A DNA stretch of 64,000 nucleotides, from positions 25,296,001 to 25,360,000 of the forward strand of contig OX597823.1 in the NCBI GenBank assembly GCA_951406725.2, in the 5' to 3' direction. The notes under the pieces are model-generated. The model was not told where the DNA came from and did no database searches. It was given only the letters and a program-made list of their open reading frames with translations. Shown piece after piece: positions 1-41,079 of this stretch. Position 1 is the stretch's first letter, and the number at the start of each line of letters is the position of its first letter. Origin of the DNA: Octopus vulgaris. Lineage: Eukaryota. Made by a program: the position numbers and the translations under genes.

Positions 1-125
1 TATGTTTTATAATATGTTTTATTTTTCTTTAGAATATATAAGTCTATCATTGTTTGAATTACATAATAGTGATTTTTCTCTAATTTATATATATTATATA
101 TTTATATAGTGAAAATTGATTTAGT

Positions 126-183
<58 letters not shown>

Positions 184-189
184 GTTAAA

Positions 190-423
190 GAACCCCTTAA
201 GGCACAAGTCTGGGCATACGAGCCTCCCCACACCACGCAACCGATGTTATCCAATGACACAGCTTTGCACTAGTGACGCCGCACCTCATTTCTACAGCTG
301 TGTGAATAGGAGCAACGTGAAATAAAGTGTCTTGCTCAAGAACACAATACACTGCCCGGTCCTGGAATCGAACTCATTACCTCATGATTGTGAGCCCGAT
401 GCTCTGACCACCGAGCCATGCGC

Positions 424-425
<2 letters not shown>
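190..425 (-). mobile_element. Third tRNA-derived SINE family copy
   Basis: Reverse complement of GGCGCATGGCTCGGTGGTCAGAGC...GAGTTCGATTCC...GTGTTCTTGAGCAAGACACTTTATTTCACG. Confidence 0.8.
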
Positions 426-488
<63 letters not shown>

Positions 489-491
489 GAA

Positions 492-1107
492 TGAAGTGTT
501 TTTTACAGAAAAAAAATTCCATCAAAAAATGTGGCAGCATATTAAAATACCTTTACGGTTAAAATTATAAACAACTTATAAATAAGAGCTAAAGAAAATT
601 ATTTCAATGCCAATATGCTGATAACAGACTTTTAAATCGTCAATTTCCACATATTATTTACTCGCAACAGAAAAAAATACGAAGAACTGAAATCGGGGAA
701 AGCTGGCCGATAGAATTTTAAAAAAAAGTTCGTTATTTCTATATTGAATCAATTTCGGAATTAATCTCATAATAGATTCTTTCCTCTTCAGTAGAACATA
801 CGAAAGGATATAATTAAGATATTTACATGCGCCCATGGAAAGAAGCCGAGGCAAAAATCATGAGTACATATGAGTACCCTAGATATATCTAAAAATAAAA
901 TTCTTTGGTCAGCCCCAGCACAACGTGTTGACTGTTCTCCACTACAGGTTATAGTGGTTACCAGTCCCTATAGCGAGTAGTAATATGTCTACTACTAATA
1001 TAGGTTGAAGTTTTTTTACAGAAAAAAAATTCCATCAAAAAATGTGGCAGCATATTAAAATACCTTTACGGTTAAAATTATAAACAACTTACAAATAAGG
1101 GCTAAAG
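492..1107. repeat. ~100-bp direct repeat pair (492-594 and 1006-1107)
   Basis: TTTTACAGAAAAAAAATTCCATCAAAAAATGTGGCAGCATATTAAAATACCTTTACGGTTAAAATTATAAACAACTTA occurs twice, nearly identical. Confidence 0.9.
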
Positions 1108-1289
1108 GTCCGAAAACATACAACAGAATAGACTCCGCTTAAGGCATCTAATGTGCCTGCCAAGTAGCGGTGTTAAACGGGCTGACGGATTAAGTCTACC
1201 ACCCAAGTAGACCAAGATGGAGTTTGAATTTAGAACATCAAGAGCTGGAAAAAATACCACAACGCTCTGATTCATATTTGCTGGTCTAA

Positions 1290-1425
1290 TACTTTTAACT
1301 AGTACTTTATTTTTATTGGTCCCGGAAAGACGAAATTTAAAGTTGACCCCGGCGGGATTTGAACTCAGAATGCACTGCAAGGCATTTCGTTTGTAAAGTT
1401 CTAACAATCTTGCCAATTCATCGCT
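1290..1425 (-). mobile_element. Degenerate copy of the second SINE family
   Basis: AAAGTTGACCCCGGCGGGATTTGAACTCAGAA. Confidence 0.65.
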
Positions 1426-1829
1426 TTGGACATAAGTAAGTAGTTTTAGCAGTTTTATTGTGGTGGTGTGCCAGATTAAATATTTTGCAGTATTAAGTTT
1501 CATTTCTTTATGCTCAATTTTGGTCAAGGTCAGGTTTGCCTTTCGTCTGTTCAGATTTTATAAAACACCACAGACCAAAGACTGTATTATCCTTCTTCCA
1601 AAAATGTTAAGCAGTGTACCAAAACTCTTATTAATAGCGCATCCGAGACACCAAAGCTAGGTTCTTTGGGGACGTAATATTTTTTACCTTATTCTTCTGA
1701 TTTAATAACAGGTCTTCCTTTAAGTCATAATGGAAAAATATAATTAAATTTTAACTTTAGAATACGAAACATATATTGCAAGTGAGAGGTGTTAAATGTC
1801 ACAGTAGAACAATTTCATAAACAATTTCA

Positions 1830-11006
<9,177 letters not shown>

Positions 11007-11073
11007 ATTGAATAGTGATATGGAAACATACAACGTATACAAGTATAGTGAAATATTCTTTCTGATATATATA

Positions 11074-11126
<53 letters not shown>

Positions 11127-11559
11127 ACGTATATTAATACAATCGGAAGAAGTTTGAAAAATCGCAACCGCTTTTCGTCGCGGAGCACCAATGTATGAAT
11201 AAACTGTAATTGTTTTTAAAGAAATGATTATAAGAAAATGATGTATGGAAAGAGGTATAAATTTATAGAGTAGGAGAAAGAAGGACAGACAAACAGAACG
11301 AGAGAGCCTATCCCATTCTTAAATGGTGGAAAACAAACACCGCCAAAAGAGCAATTAATTCATAAAGCGATGCAAGAGATTTAGAAAATAACAAGTGAGT
11401 TAAGAGTGTTTCAGTCATCAGGAAATGGGGATTATTACAAAATGGGCTGAGAGAAGAATGATAAAAAAGCGGATGAATTACAGCTGATTATGCTGGGGAC
11501 CAATAAATAAATATATAGATAAATGAATAAATAGATAAATAAATTTAGGTCCCAAGAAT

Positions 11560-13683
11560 AAAATACCTGATTCTCGTAGTATTTTAAGGGAACCTTTTTG
11601 CCTGAATTCACACAGATTTACATTACTCATTCAGGTTAGATTTTTGTGTAGTAAGCAATTTCCTTCTTAAAGACCGACATACATTTATTAAAATATAAAA
11701 GACATAACTATATTTTAAAAAGTAGTTTAGTTTAGTTTCTGCTTTACGTAATATAAGACTTGTCTTTCTTGAGAATTCTGTCAGCAAGCATACTGGGACT
11801 CCAGCTGCCTAGGTAACACTTTTCTATAGTAGGAATGTTCTGATGAATACGATCGTTTATCATCCCCAGATTTTCCGGAAAAAAGTTCCAGTGAGAGTTC
11901 AAGAAATGAATCTTTAATAATATATATCGCATCGTTAGGTAAGATTTACGAAGATGGTCATCTACTAGAACAGGATAGTTTTCATTTTGCTATTTACCCC
12001 GAAAGTTAACATATCTATGTCTTTGAAACTTGTCGTGCAGTATTCTCAACATAATTCATATAGCTTTCAAACGTCAAGAATCTTAATTTTCTTATATGAG
12101 GGCCAACAAAAACTCCTTTTTCATCATGGCATCACTCACCCAGGGAAACTTATTTTGCAAGTATTTGAACCTAATTTGCGCTTTATCCATAACCTTTACA
12201 AAATTTTTCAAGTTCAAGTTTGATATGCAACTGATTCTTCCAAAATATTTTTCTTGCCTGAAACAAGTGAGATAAGTTTTGGTCAATTATTCTGAACGTA
12301 GAGTTTTCTTTGTTTTATTTACATAAAAAGAAAAACAATTGTACTTGGGATAACCAAGATGCAACCCAAATTAAATTACGATGGACTTTAGATCTCAACA
12401 GATATTCTATTCATATTTCTGCTATTGACTCTTTTCCACAAGTAGCATCATTTTGTCACGAGCTCTTTGTGAGATCTGCAATATACGATATAGACACAGA
12501 AGAGAATCTATTTTCATTATGAAGGACCTCTTTGAAACTAACTCTAAGAAATTAAAGAAGAGTAACCACTTATCAACGTTATGTTAATGACCAAGAAGCC
12601 CACATCTGAATTATTAGTACACAAAATATATATCCATCTTCAGAACAGAATCATTCATTGAATTCTTCATTATGGTATCTGTAGAAAGAACAAACTTTAG
12701 AGTCGTAGTTTGACTTCTATTTTGAACTTAAAATATCAGTCTGCCGTTTTAGATAAATTCAAATTAAGAACTTGGTCATTCAGATTTTCTTGTGACAGAA
12801 AATGTGGCTGATTCGAGAAACAAGTAGCTTGCGAAGCTGGGTTAGAAAAGTCATGTTTTTATTTGTGCTTCCTCAGCAGTTAAAGTAATATGCTCAGAGG
12901 GATTTGGTACTAGAAGTTGAGCAGCATGTTGAACTGGGACTCACTGCAGAAGGCAGATTAGAGTAATTAATTAAGATTTTTTATTTTTGAAGTGATCCCA
13001 TTTGTATTCAAAAGACAGAAATAATCTCTTAATGCTCGAAATATCAAGTGGCAGGTGACATGAATGACGTATTCATCCCATTAGTAGACTTACATATGTC
13101 ACACAACAAATGAGGAGTTCAACTCTTCTCCTGATCAACCCCTTTATAACATGTTTTTTTTACTAATGGTATAAGATTGTTAGGCTATCACCTGTATAGC
13201 CAGGATAAAATAGATAATTCAGATAGTTCCGCAACCCTACAGAGCAGTTACAACGCTGAGGTAAAATCAACAAGAAGCAACGGACAACAGCTAACAATAT
13301 CGTGGGATTTGCAAATAAACTGACTTCGAGCTGTGTTATTCATACGAGTCAAGGCTCGTAGACAAAAGTCTCATATCTGAACAAATCTAAACTGTTAACT
13401 GCCCCCTGGATATAAAAAACGAATAGAGCATGTATATTAATATTAAAATCTATAATTATACTTATATTGACTAATATATTATATCATTATGTTCTTATTT
13501 GGAGATTATGTTAGGTGAGAGAAAAATAGATACAGCATTATAAGTAAAATAAGCTTGGTAGGAGAAAATCAAATTTCATATTTAGATTTAGCATAAAAAT
13601 TATACACTTAAAACATCAATAAAAAACGTGTTTCTGTGTATCAAATGTTCATCAGGGTCGGCTGAAAATACAAAAGGCAACTC
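11560..13683 (-). mobile_element. Decayed Chapaev3-like (CMC) DNA transposon upstream of copy A
   Basis: DQEKS*TPH..C, LKNFVKVMDK, KIHFLNSHWNFFPENLGMIND.RIHQNI..IEK.Y.G.W...MLAD motifs; boundaries approximate. Confidence 0.75.
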
Positions 13684-13848
13684 GACTGTTCACCCCACTC
13701 AAATTTCAGGCCTTGTGCCTATAGTAGAAAGGATTATTATTATTTAATATCAAAGATTTCCATCCAGTATTTCTGACCAGCTGCTCAGTATAATTACCTC
13801 CATGAATAACCGTATCATAAATGCATGATAAAAATCGTTGAAACTTGA

Positions 13849-13894
<46 letters not shown>

Positions 13895-14667
13895 CGACAA
13901 TAGGCGGTCATCAATTTGTAACGATAGTGTTGTATCGGAAAAATGAATGAGTGAAGAACAATATTAAGAGTATCGTTTATTGATATATTTACATTTGCCG
14001 TTACAATGTTGAAGATAACTTTCTATAGCTGTTTGTGTACACAAGTTATTTGTGGATTTCGAGTCCATTGTGCATGTCAGCTCCATCTCTGTGTGTTACT
14101 ACGAAAGAATAAAAGATATGTAGGTAGATAGAAAGGGTGATAAATCTACTCCCGCGCGTTAATCAGCATACTGAAAGAATTGCTCTTTGACCCCCCCACC
14201 CAAAAAAAAGAAAAAAACGAAAAGAAGAAAAACGGGGTCGACACAAAGCGGAACAAAGCTTATGGATCCTTGTATTTATATTCTTCATAACTAAATTAGG
14301 TCAAGCCGAAAACAAAGGACTTTTCTAGTCAGTCTTGACCAATGTATAACTGGAAAAGGTCCACAAAAAGCGAGAACAGTTGACTGAAGACTTGTTTGAA
14401 ATTGTGGATTCGATTTTGAATCCTAGCCTAAAACGTTGGTAGCTGTCGGCCACATATATTATTTAACAATATATGCATATTGGAAGTTAACATGACGCTG
14501 CTACCAAGTTGCGATAAAAGATTACTTTATCAAGGCCGTATGTTTAAGAAGTTCACTTCATAACCATGTGGTTTCAGCTTCAGTCTAACTGTCCGGCACC
14601 TTATACTACAACACTGGGTTGTCCAAATCCCTATGACTATGATTGGAGAAAACTGGGAAGACGCCCG

Positions 14668-14756
<89 letters not shown>

Positions 14757-15762
14757 TGCAGTGTACAGTATTATATTTCCTTTTTCAAAACTGAAAAGAT
14801 GGGGTATTATTATTTTAAGCCGTAACTTAAGATGCTTGAAACATTCACATCCGATGAAATTACCGTTTTTGACGCACTAGATAATTTCAGCACCATTGCA
14901 TAAGCACTTCGATCCATACAAGTATAGGAAAGTAGATTTTAAAACGACGACGACTTTGATAATGATGGTAATGCTGATGATTTTTATTATCGTCTTATTC
15001 ATGGTGTGCGATTTGTATATGAAATGTTTTACTCGAAACATGCATAAAAGTGTTCAAGACAAAGGAAATGTGTTAAATGTCCTCACAATATTGCATTTTT
15101 TTCTGGAACTTCTTTATATCTATTAGGAATTTGGGGGTATTATGATTCGACTAAGATGTAGCTATCTCACTCTTCTGCTGGTGGGTTGCTTAGATTCATT
15201 TTGCGTATTAAATTTTGAACTACGGAGTGTCGGCGTCCACCTAGCTGTATGTAGGTTCTACAAGGTGGTACAGTCTATCCAACTGTAAGTAGGTCCTGCA
15301 AGGTGGTGCAGCCTATCGAGCTGTAAGTTGTCGTAGAGAGTGTTACAGTACAGGGTGATGAAAAAGTGGTTCCTTCCTCGCACATGATGTCATTGTTTAA
15401 ATCAAGGTCAGCGCTTATTGAGCATTAGTCTTTCAAGGATGTTTTTCCTGCTGCTGAAAACTTGCGTTTATTCAGAAGGAACACCAGCAGCTTTGATTTC
15501 GCCTGTCTATATCTCACAGTGGACAAACAACAACAAAAACAACAATAACAGTAGTAGCAGTGGCACGTGTAAATAAAAGAGTGAAAGAAAGGAGCAGATC
15601 TGCCATTTAAAAGTAACACAGTGCCATTCTGAGACGACTCAAGATGAATGTGTGTGTGTGTGTGTGTGTGCATACATGTACACATACATACACACCAGCT
15701 GAAAGATATCACTCATATCATCATCAGCTACTAAAAATGTCTACATAATACTACCTTCCCAC

Positions 15763-16412
15763 AAGGCGGCGAGCTGGCAGAAACGTTAGCACGCAGGGCG
15801 AAATGCGTAGCCGTATTTCGTTTGCTATTACGTTCTGAGTTCAAATTCCGCCGAGGTCGACTTTGCCTTTCATCCTTTCGGGATCGATAAATTAAGTACT
15901 AATTACGCACTGGGGATCGATATAATCGACTTAATCCGTTTGTCTATCCTTGTTTGTCATCTCTGTGCTTAGTCTCTTGTGGGTAGTAAAGAAATAGGTA
16001 TTTCATCTGCCGAAGGTGGTGAGCTGGCAGAAATGTTAGCACGCCGGGCGAAATGCGTAGCCGTATTTCGTCTGCCGCTACGTTCTGAGCTCAAATTCCG
16101 CCGAGGTCGACTTTGCCTTTCATCCTTTCGAGGTCGATTAAATAAGTACCAGTTACGCACTGGGGTCGATATAATCGACTTAATCCGTTTGTCTGTCCTT
16201 GTTTGTCCTCTCTGTGTTTAGCCCCTTGTGGGTAGTAAAGAAATAGGTATTTAGTCTGCCGCTACGTTCTGAGCTCAAATTCCGCCGAGGTCGAATTTGC
16301 CTTTCATCCTTTCGAGATCGATAAATTAATTACTAGTTGGACATTGGGGGAAAATCTAATCGACTGCCTCACCTTCCCCTAAAATTTCTGGCCTTGTGCC
16401 TAGGGTAGAAAA
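15763..16412 (+). mobile_element. Tandem trimer of a second tRNA-derived SINE family (Meta-like central domain)
   Basis: Three copies of GTTCTGAG(T/C)TCAAATTCCGCCGAGGTCGA.TTTGCCTTTCATCCTTTCG; head GGCGGCGAGCTGGCAGAA. Confidence 0.88.
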
Positions 16413-16419
16413 GAATATT

Positions 16420-16785
16420 AGAAATAAGAATACTGGTGGAATATACCAACAAAAACAGTATCTTGATTTATACACAACAGGCCGGATAAGGCTATATGGG
16501 ACAGGGAGTTAAAGTCATGCATCGGTATAGAAATCAATTGGCCAGTGGATATGGATGTTTCTTCAAAAATTATGGAAAGGAGAGCATAAGTGGAGAACCG
16601 ATGAGAAACCTACAACTCTTATATATTCAGGTTACAAAATTTAATATGTTCCTGTTATCATAGATGCACTGGGCTACGTAACAACTGATTTGCACAGAAA
16701 CCTATAAATGGTTTGGTTTTCAAAAAAGAACATAGATACAGTCGATCAGATGAAAGCAAACATTTGTAAAACATTTCATGAGATT
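16420..16785 (+). mobile_element. R4/Dong-like REL retrotransposon 3' fragment
   Basis: VEINWPVD, RNLQLLYSGYK, VPVIIDALGYV, ICKTF; same motifs as 2240-3330. Confidence 0.65.
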
Positions 16786-17240
16786 TTAGTCCCTGATTCA
16801 TGGGTCAGTATTTGCACGCAGCCACATATAGACATGGAATACATATACACACATACATACATGTGTTTTATTGTGGCACGTATATCTACAAGTGTAAGGT
16901 TATCCACACGGCCCACACATGCATTCAACATGCATATATATAAATGGCAACGTCAACCATTTCAAGTAATAACAGGAAAAATGCTTTTTAGTTTATTGGA
17001 GTTATCCCTCTTGGATTGGCTGCAAAACGGGTCACCACGACACGACAGAATATAGGGTGGTGTTGAGTCCGAGGTGAAGAAGGAGTTGGATAAAGGGCTG
17101 GAGTTGGGGAGTGGGAAATGTGGATAATGGGGGATAGTTAATTTTTAAATCATGTGTGATCACGTACATGTATATGTGCGTATGCGTACGTATGTATGTG
17201 TGTGTATGTATGTATGTATGTATGTATGTATGTTTGTATG

Positions 17241-17293
<53 letters not shown>

Positions 17294-18404
17294 ATGTATA
17301 TGTCACAATTGTGTCTGGCAAGTCTTATATGAATTTCTCAGATTTCAGTACAGGGAAAAAAACCAACTGGTGTACTCCAATGTCTATATTCATGGTGCAG
17401 TCGGTCAGTATAGTAGGGAAAATTTTCGCTCATGAGTGCAGGAATAGAAAACCTCGCTTTTACAGTTTAGGCAGGTGTCTAGGTTGACAGAATTCTCAGA
17501 GCTTGCACTTCATACTACTGTTTAAGTAAGGTTTATTTGTCCAGTATTCTCCATTCGATAAGATGTGCGCAGCGTTTTCATTCAATGTCCAATGAAATGC
17601 TTAGAGGCATTTCGTCTGTTATTACGTCCTGAGTTTAAATTCTGCCGAGATCGACTTTATTAGCACTGTTATGGTCTTCTGTATTTTCGTTGTCTTTGGA
17701 ATTGTTTCGGATTCTATATCTGCTAGCCAGCCTTTCTTATCATTTTGGCCTAGTCGCATAATCATTGCTCAAATGTTTCAAATATTTCTCGGTGCTGCCA
17801 GTCGCTGCAAATCCTTTTCCTCCCCTCGTATTGGTAATCCATTTCTATCTATTTTTTGCGTGCTAGCAGTCGCATATTGACAACTGCATTTATCCGGCTG
17901 CCGAGTGCGGTGCCTTCATCACTGATTCCAGTCCCATTTACGCTGTTATCTATGATACTTCTTTCTGACATTTCACTCACTTTCTGACATTTCAGTGGTG
18001 CCTTTTCATGAAACACCATCACTAGATGAATTATCAACCAAGGTTTGGAGAGACCCCCATCTACTCACTTTATGAAACAGTTATACTGCACCAGATTTTA
18101 TACTGGTAGTACTGATACTGTATTGGCTCATTTTCAAAAATGTTTTTTTAGGTTGCTTGCTGTCAACTACTTACGAGTGCAACCTACTCGGATTATTTTT
18201 TGACGTTTACTCCTCTAGAACTGCCGATTCCCGGCCAGATCTGGAAACGATAGTGGTTGAGAGATAATTCCACACTCCTCAAAACCGTGGAACTCCCGAT
18301 GATAGCCCTACTACTGATGCAGTTTAACAGAAACAACAACAACTAGAATTTTGTCCGGCATGCTAACTCACTGCTTTGACAACAACAACAATAACAACAA
18401 TAGC

Positions 18405-18790
18405 CCTTACTTAATTTAGCACATGGCCTGAAATTTGGTGGGAGAGGTCTAGTCGGTTACATCGACCCAAGTGCTTAACTGGTACTTATGCAATCGATCT
18501 CGAAAGGATGAAAAGCAAAGTCGACCTTGGCGGAATTTGAACCTAGAACATAAAGACGGAGGAAATACCTATTTCCTTATTACCCACAAGGGGCTAAACA
18601 TAGAGGGGACAAACAAGGACAGACATAAGTATTAAGTCGATTACATCGACACCAGTGCATAACTGGTACTTAATTTATCGACCCCGAAAGGATGAAAGGC
18701 AAAGTCGACCTCGGCGGAATTTGAACCTAGAACATAAAGACGGAGGAAATACCGCTAAGCATAATGTTCGACGTGTTAACGATTCTGCAT
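18405..18790 (-). mobile_element. Tandem dimer of the second SINE family
   Basis: Two copies of CGAAAGGATGAAA.GCAAAGTCGACCT.GGCGGAATTTGAAC. Confidence 0.85.
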
Positions 18791-18872
18791 GTGCATAATA
18801 CACACAAACACATACACACATACATGCACGCTCACATACACGTAGGCAAACATACAAACACACGCACGCACG

Positions 18873-18911
<39 letters not shown>

Positions 18912-19365
18912 CCACTGAATCAGTAGATACTCTGTAATTTCCCAGGTCATCTACGTAACTGAATGAAGACTAAACAAGAACACCGAAGATAGTGAATGGA
19001 TAGTTGTATTTATGTGGTTGGATGCAGTCTGACATCACTCCTGTGAAGTATGAGCCATAAATTAGCAGAAAAATACTTAACCTTTGTGTGAAGAAAGAGT
19101 AGAAAACTTTCAGAGCATAGAGTTATTAAAACAAGAGGATAATGGCCGAGAGAAAGGAATAATTCATAACGTGGTTAGACTGTGGGATTTGGGGAGCAGG
19201 CACACGTAATTAGTGAATAGTAGGGCTGAATGAAGCGAGTAATTGAAGGGACAAAGAAGGTTGTCAGAATTTACAAGGTGATATATATCACATGTTAACT
19301 ATCACACGCACACACTCGCGCGCGCACACAGACATATGCACTCATACACATACATATACACAAAA

Positions 19366-19412
<47 letters not shown>

Positions 19413-19429
19413 GTGGTTCAACTGTTAAG

Positions 19430-19860
19430 GATGATTGCTCGTTCAAATGGATTTCAGGTGTGGCAACGTCTGCATTACCTATACAATATTTTGATTATCC
19501 TCCGACACGGGTTTGACAGATCAGATATCAAAGGTTTGAGTATTAAATGCATGCACAATGGACTTCGGGACTGTTCGGTTCTGAACTGGCTGTTGTTTGA
19601 ATGTATCTATAAGTTTCATAAGATACATGTGAACAAAAAGCAGCACTAGTTTATCTCGGTCGAAAAGAGGTAATTACCTTACTAGGATACAATTTTGCAC
19701 TCTATGAAACGACATTAGGTCCTCCGCAGGGATCTGTTCTTGGTCCCCTAGTTTATTGCAAATATCAACAACATATTTGCTAACCTGAAACATGTTACTG
19801 TCTTAAAATACGCAGACAATATTACACTGGGCCTTAAGATAAAAAGAGCAGATCCTATGC
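19430..19860 (+). mobile_element. Highly decayed LINE reverse transcriptase fragment
   Basis: GPPQGSVLGP followed by KYADNI (YADD-box remnant). Confidence 0.6.
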
Positions 19861-20386
19861 GCTGTAGATCTTTCCTGTCTTGAATGTCATACTTCTTAGG
19901 GCACTGGCACTCTAATGCTTCGACCTCCAGCAGCAAAATGGGTAGAAGCTCAGAAGATTACCCACCATATGTCCAACAAATTCGGCAACCTATTTTTAGG
20001 TTAATATCTCTTTGACCTGCGTACATAATTATAAAGCAAAAGGTATTGCGGCATCTACGACTTTCGGAACATTTTTATCATGCACAGGATTGTCGAAGCA
20101 TGGCATAAACTAAATGCTTTAGCTGTTAGCTGTAGGACATTGCATCCTTAAAAGATTCCATGCTTCCTGAAATTCAGCACTAAGTCTGACGTTCTTGTGT
20201 ACTCTTTCTTTTTTTTATGGAACCGTCATTCTTCCCTTTTCTGGTTTCTTGGGTTCCATTCTATGTGCATTGTCTTTTTTTTAATTGCGTTATTGTTGCT
20301 TTTTGTCCTCTCTTTACTTTTTAGGACTACTTGTAGTACATCTGAACATTGTAAGCAATAAGTTTATCATTATTATTATAGGTGAA

Positions 20387-20676
20387 GGCGCATGGCTCAG
20401 TAGTTAGAGTGTCGAGCTTACGATCGGGAGGTTGTGAGTTCGATTCCCAGATCGGGGTGCGTGTTGTGTTCTTGAGCAAGACACTTTATTTCACGTTTCT
20501 CCAGTTAACTCAGCTGGAGAAATGAGTTGCGACATTACTGGTGTCAAGCTGTATCGGCCTTTTCCTTTCCCTTGGATAACATCAGCGGTGTGGAGAGGGG
20601 AGGCTGGTATGCATGGGCGGCTGCTGGCCTTCCACAGACAACCTTTATCGAACTTGTGCCTCGGAGGATAACTTTC
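20387..20676 (+). mobile_element. Third tRNA-derived SINE family copy
   Basis: A box TGGCTCAGTAG, B box GAGTTCGATTCC, then GTGTTCTTGAGCAAGACACTTTATTTCACG. Confidence 0.85.
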
Positions 20677-20996
20677 GGATCTTTTCGGTTTGAACGGCAG
20701 TTTGTAACGTAATTTCTAGGTAACTAAAAAATTTTAAACTTCGTATACTGGTAGAATGTGTTTATAAAACATCATTTTCTCTTGGCTTTATTGAGAAAAT
20801 TCTATAGTTTGCAACATATTTCGTCTAAAATTTCTTGCATTTCGGCAATTTTAACCAATCGCTGACCGTCCATTGAGGTGAAAGCATTCTGTGTCGCATC
20901 AATATGTCCCTCGTTTAAGAAATAGATTGGGTTTATTTACATTTGTGAAGAAAAAAGATACCCTTCCCCCACCCTAACCATAACCCTAACTAACCC
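20677..20996 (+). mobile_element. Truncated MITE-like element carrying (CCCTAA)-type repeats, joined to the 3' end of a SINE
   Basis: Starts GGATCTTTTCGGTTTGAACGGCAG, closely matches 52629-53184 and ends within the CCCTAA tract. Confidence 0.8.
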
Positions 20997-21505
20997 TTTC
21001 TCTCTTTTCTCAATACTGTGACCTGTAACAATTCGCATGACCTGCACAGCTTCTTTTTCGACTGATCGTCGACTCTTTCAGTCACGCATCTCTACTTTCA
21101 ACACGGTTTGTTTTTTTTCATTGTTCGTTTCTTCACTTTTCATTCTACCCTTCTTTCTGTCCACTTTTGAGTCATTTAAGACAATTTCTGTTGCGTTAGA
21201 ATACGTTTCTCTTGCCTCGAGCCTTTATTTTGTTTGTTTTATTCTTTTATTCACATTTTTGTGTCGTTTTTGTTTTGGTCACTGCTTAATAGTTCGCTCG
21301 CTATTCTCAACAACTTTTCGCTATTGACGCTATTAAAACTGAATACTATTATCATTAAAGGCGTGAACGTGTAATGATATTTTTGGAATATAACTGATGA
21401 AGAAAGAACCATTCTATGTCCTGTGTGTGAATTTTCTGTTCGTTCCTTTGTCGAGCTTCTCTTTTAAACTGTACACGCGCGCACGCACGCACACACACAC
21501 ACATA

Positions 21506-21558
<53 letters not shown>

Positions 21559-21716
21559 ATGAAGATATGAATTACACTCTACTGGCGTATCATAATTAAT
21601 AGAGTTTATATAGTTATATAAACTATTAAATTTTCAACAGTATTTCATACATCGACGATAATTTGTACAAATGTGTAAACTAAAAGGAATTAAACAATTA
21701 AGACAGTTGTGTAATC

Positions 21717-21722
21717 TTTATT
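21717..21722 (-). terminator. Candidate polyadenylation signal (AATAAA) for cathepsin copy B
   Basis: AATAAA on the minus strand ~615 nt past the stop codon; weak evidence in AT-rich DNA. Confidence 0.35.
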
Positions 21723-21897
21723 CAGCCTAAATTTATATATATATAGATGTACAAAAAATTATGACCAGTTGCATATGTGCAGTGGAAACACGTATAGGTC
21801 GTCGTAGTAATAATAATATGCTGTATGACATTGTAAAATAAAGGAAATAATTATAGAGATGCACTACTCTCCACGTTCTCTATCGTTATAATTATTA

Positions 21898-21959
<62 letters not shown>

Positions 21960-22336
21960 TAGTCGTCTAATCATTCATAAATCAGAAAGAACAGGAACTT
22001 GTACATTTATCACTAGAGTGTGTATATTAATCTTTATACTATATAGTATTACAGATCCATCTCAGCCGTCTTTAGAAATCGTTTCGCACATGAATTAGTG
22101 GAAACATTGAACGGCGCTCGTCAGTGGAGCAAGTATGACTATTATAGTGACAGCTCTCCGCTAGTGAAAAACCGAACGAAGCAATAGAAGTTTAGTATAA
22201 GGTTTCTGAAAGAGTTATATTCCTTGTACAAGACGATTAAGTGATAGGTAACTACCTAACAAAACAGCAATGATCAAAAATAGATGTAATATGGTTTAAA
22301 AAGAAAATTCATAAAAAATTTCAAACGATGAGTATG

Positions 22337-40600
<18,264 letters not shown>

Positions 40601-41079
40601 ATCAAATAGTGATGAGGAAATATAGAGAGTATAGAAATATAATGTAATATACTTTGTGATATATCTATATCTATCTATCTCTTTCTATATATATATTTAC
40701 ACACACATATATATATATATATATGTATGTATGTATGTATATATATATTTATGTGTGTGCGTGTGTTGCGGAGTACCGATGAAGGAATAATCTGTAATTG
40801 TTTTGCATGCAATATATAGGAGAGAATGAAGTGTAGATAGAGGTATAAAATTATAGAGAGTAGAAGAAAGAAGGATATACAAACGGAACAAGAGAAGCCA
40901 TCCCATTTTAGATGAGGAAATTGAATATTTTACAAGCGCCAAAAAGTGGTTTATTCAGGAAATGGAAATTAGAATAGAATGATAAAAAAGAGATTGAATT
41001 ACAGCTAATAACACTGAAGATCAATGAATAAATAAATAAATTTTGTCCCACGACTAAAATATATTATTCTTATAGTATT

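Noticed and set aside
20387-20460. tRNA-like sequence with A and B boxes
   Set aside because: It continues directly into a repeated SINE body found three times in the window, so it is a SINE head rather than a tRNA gene.
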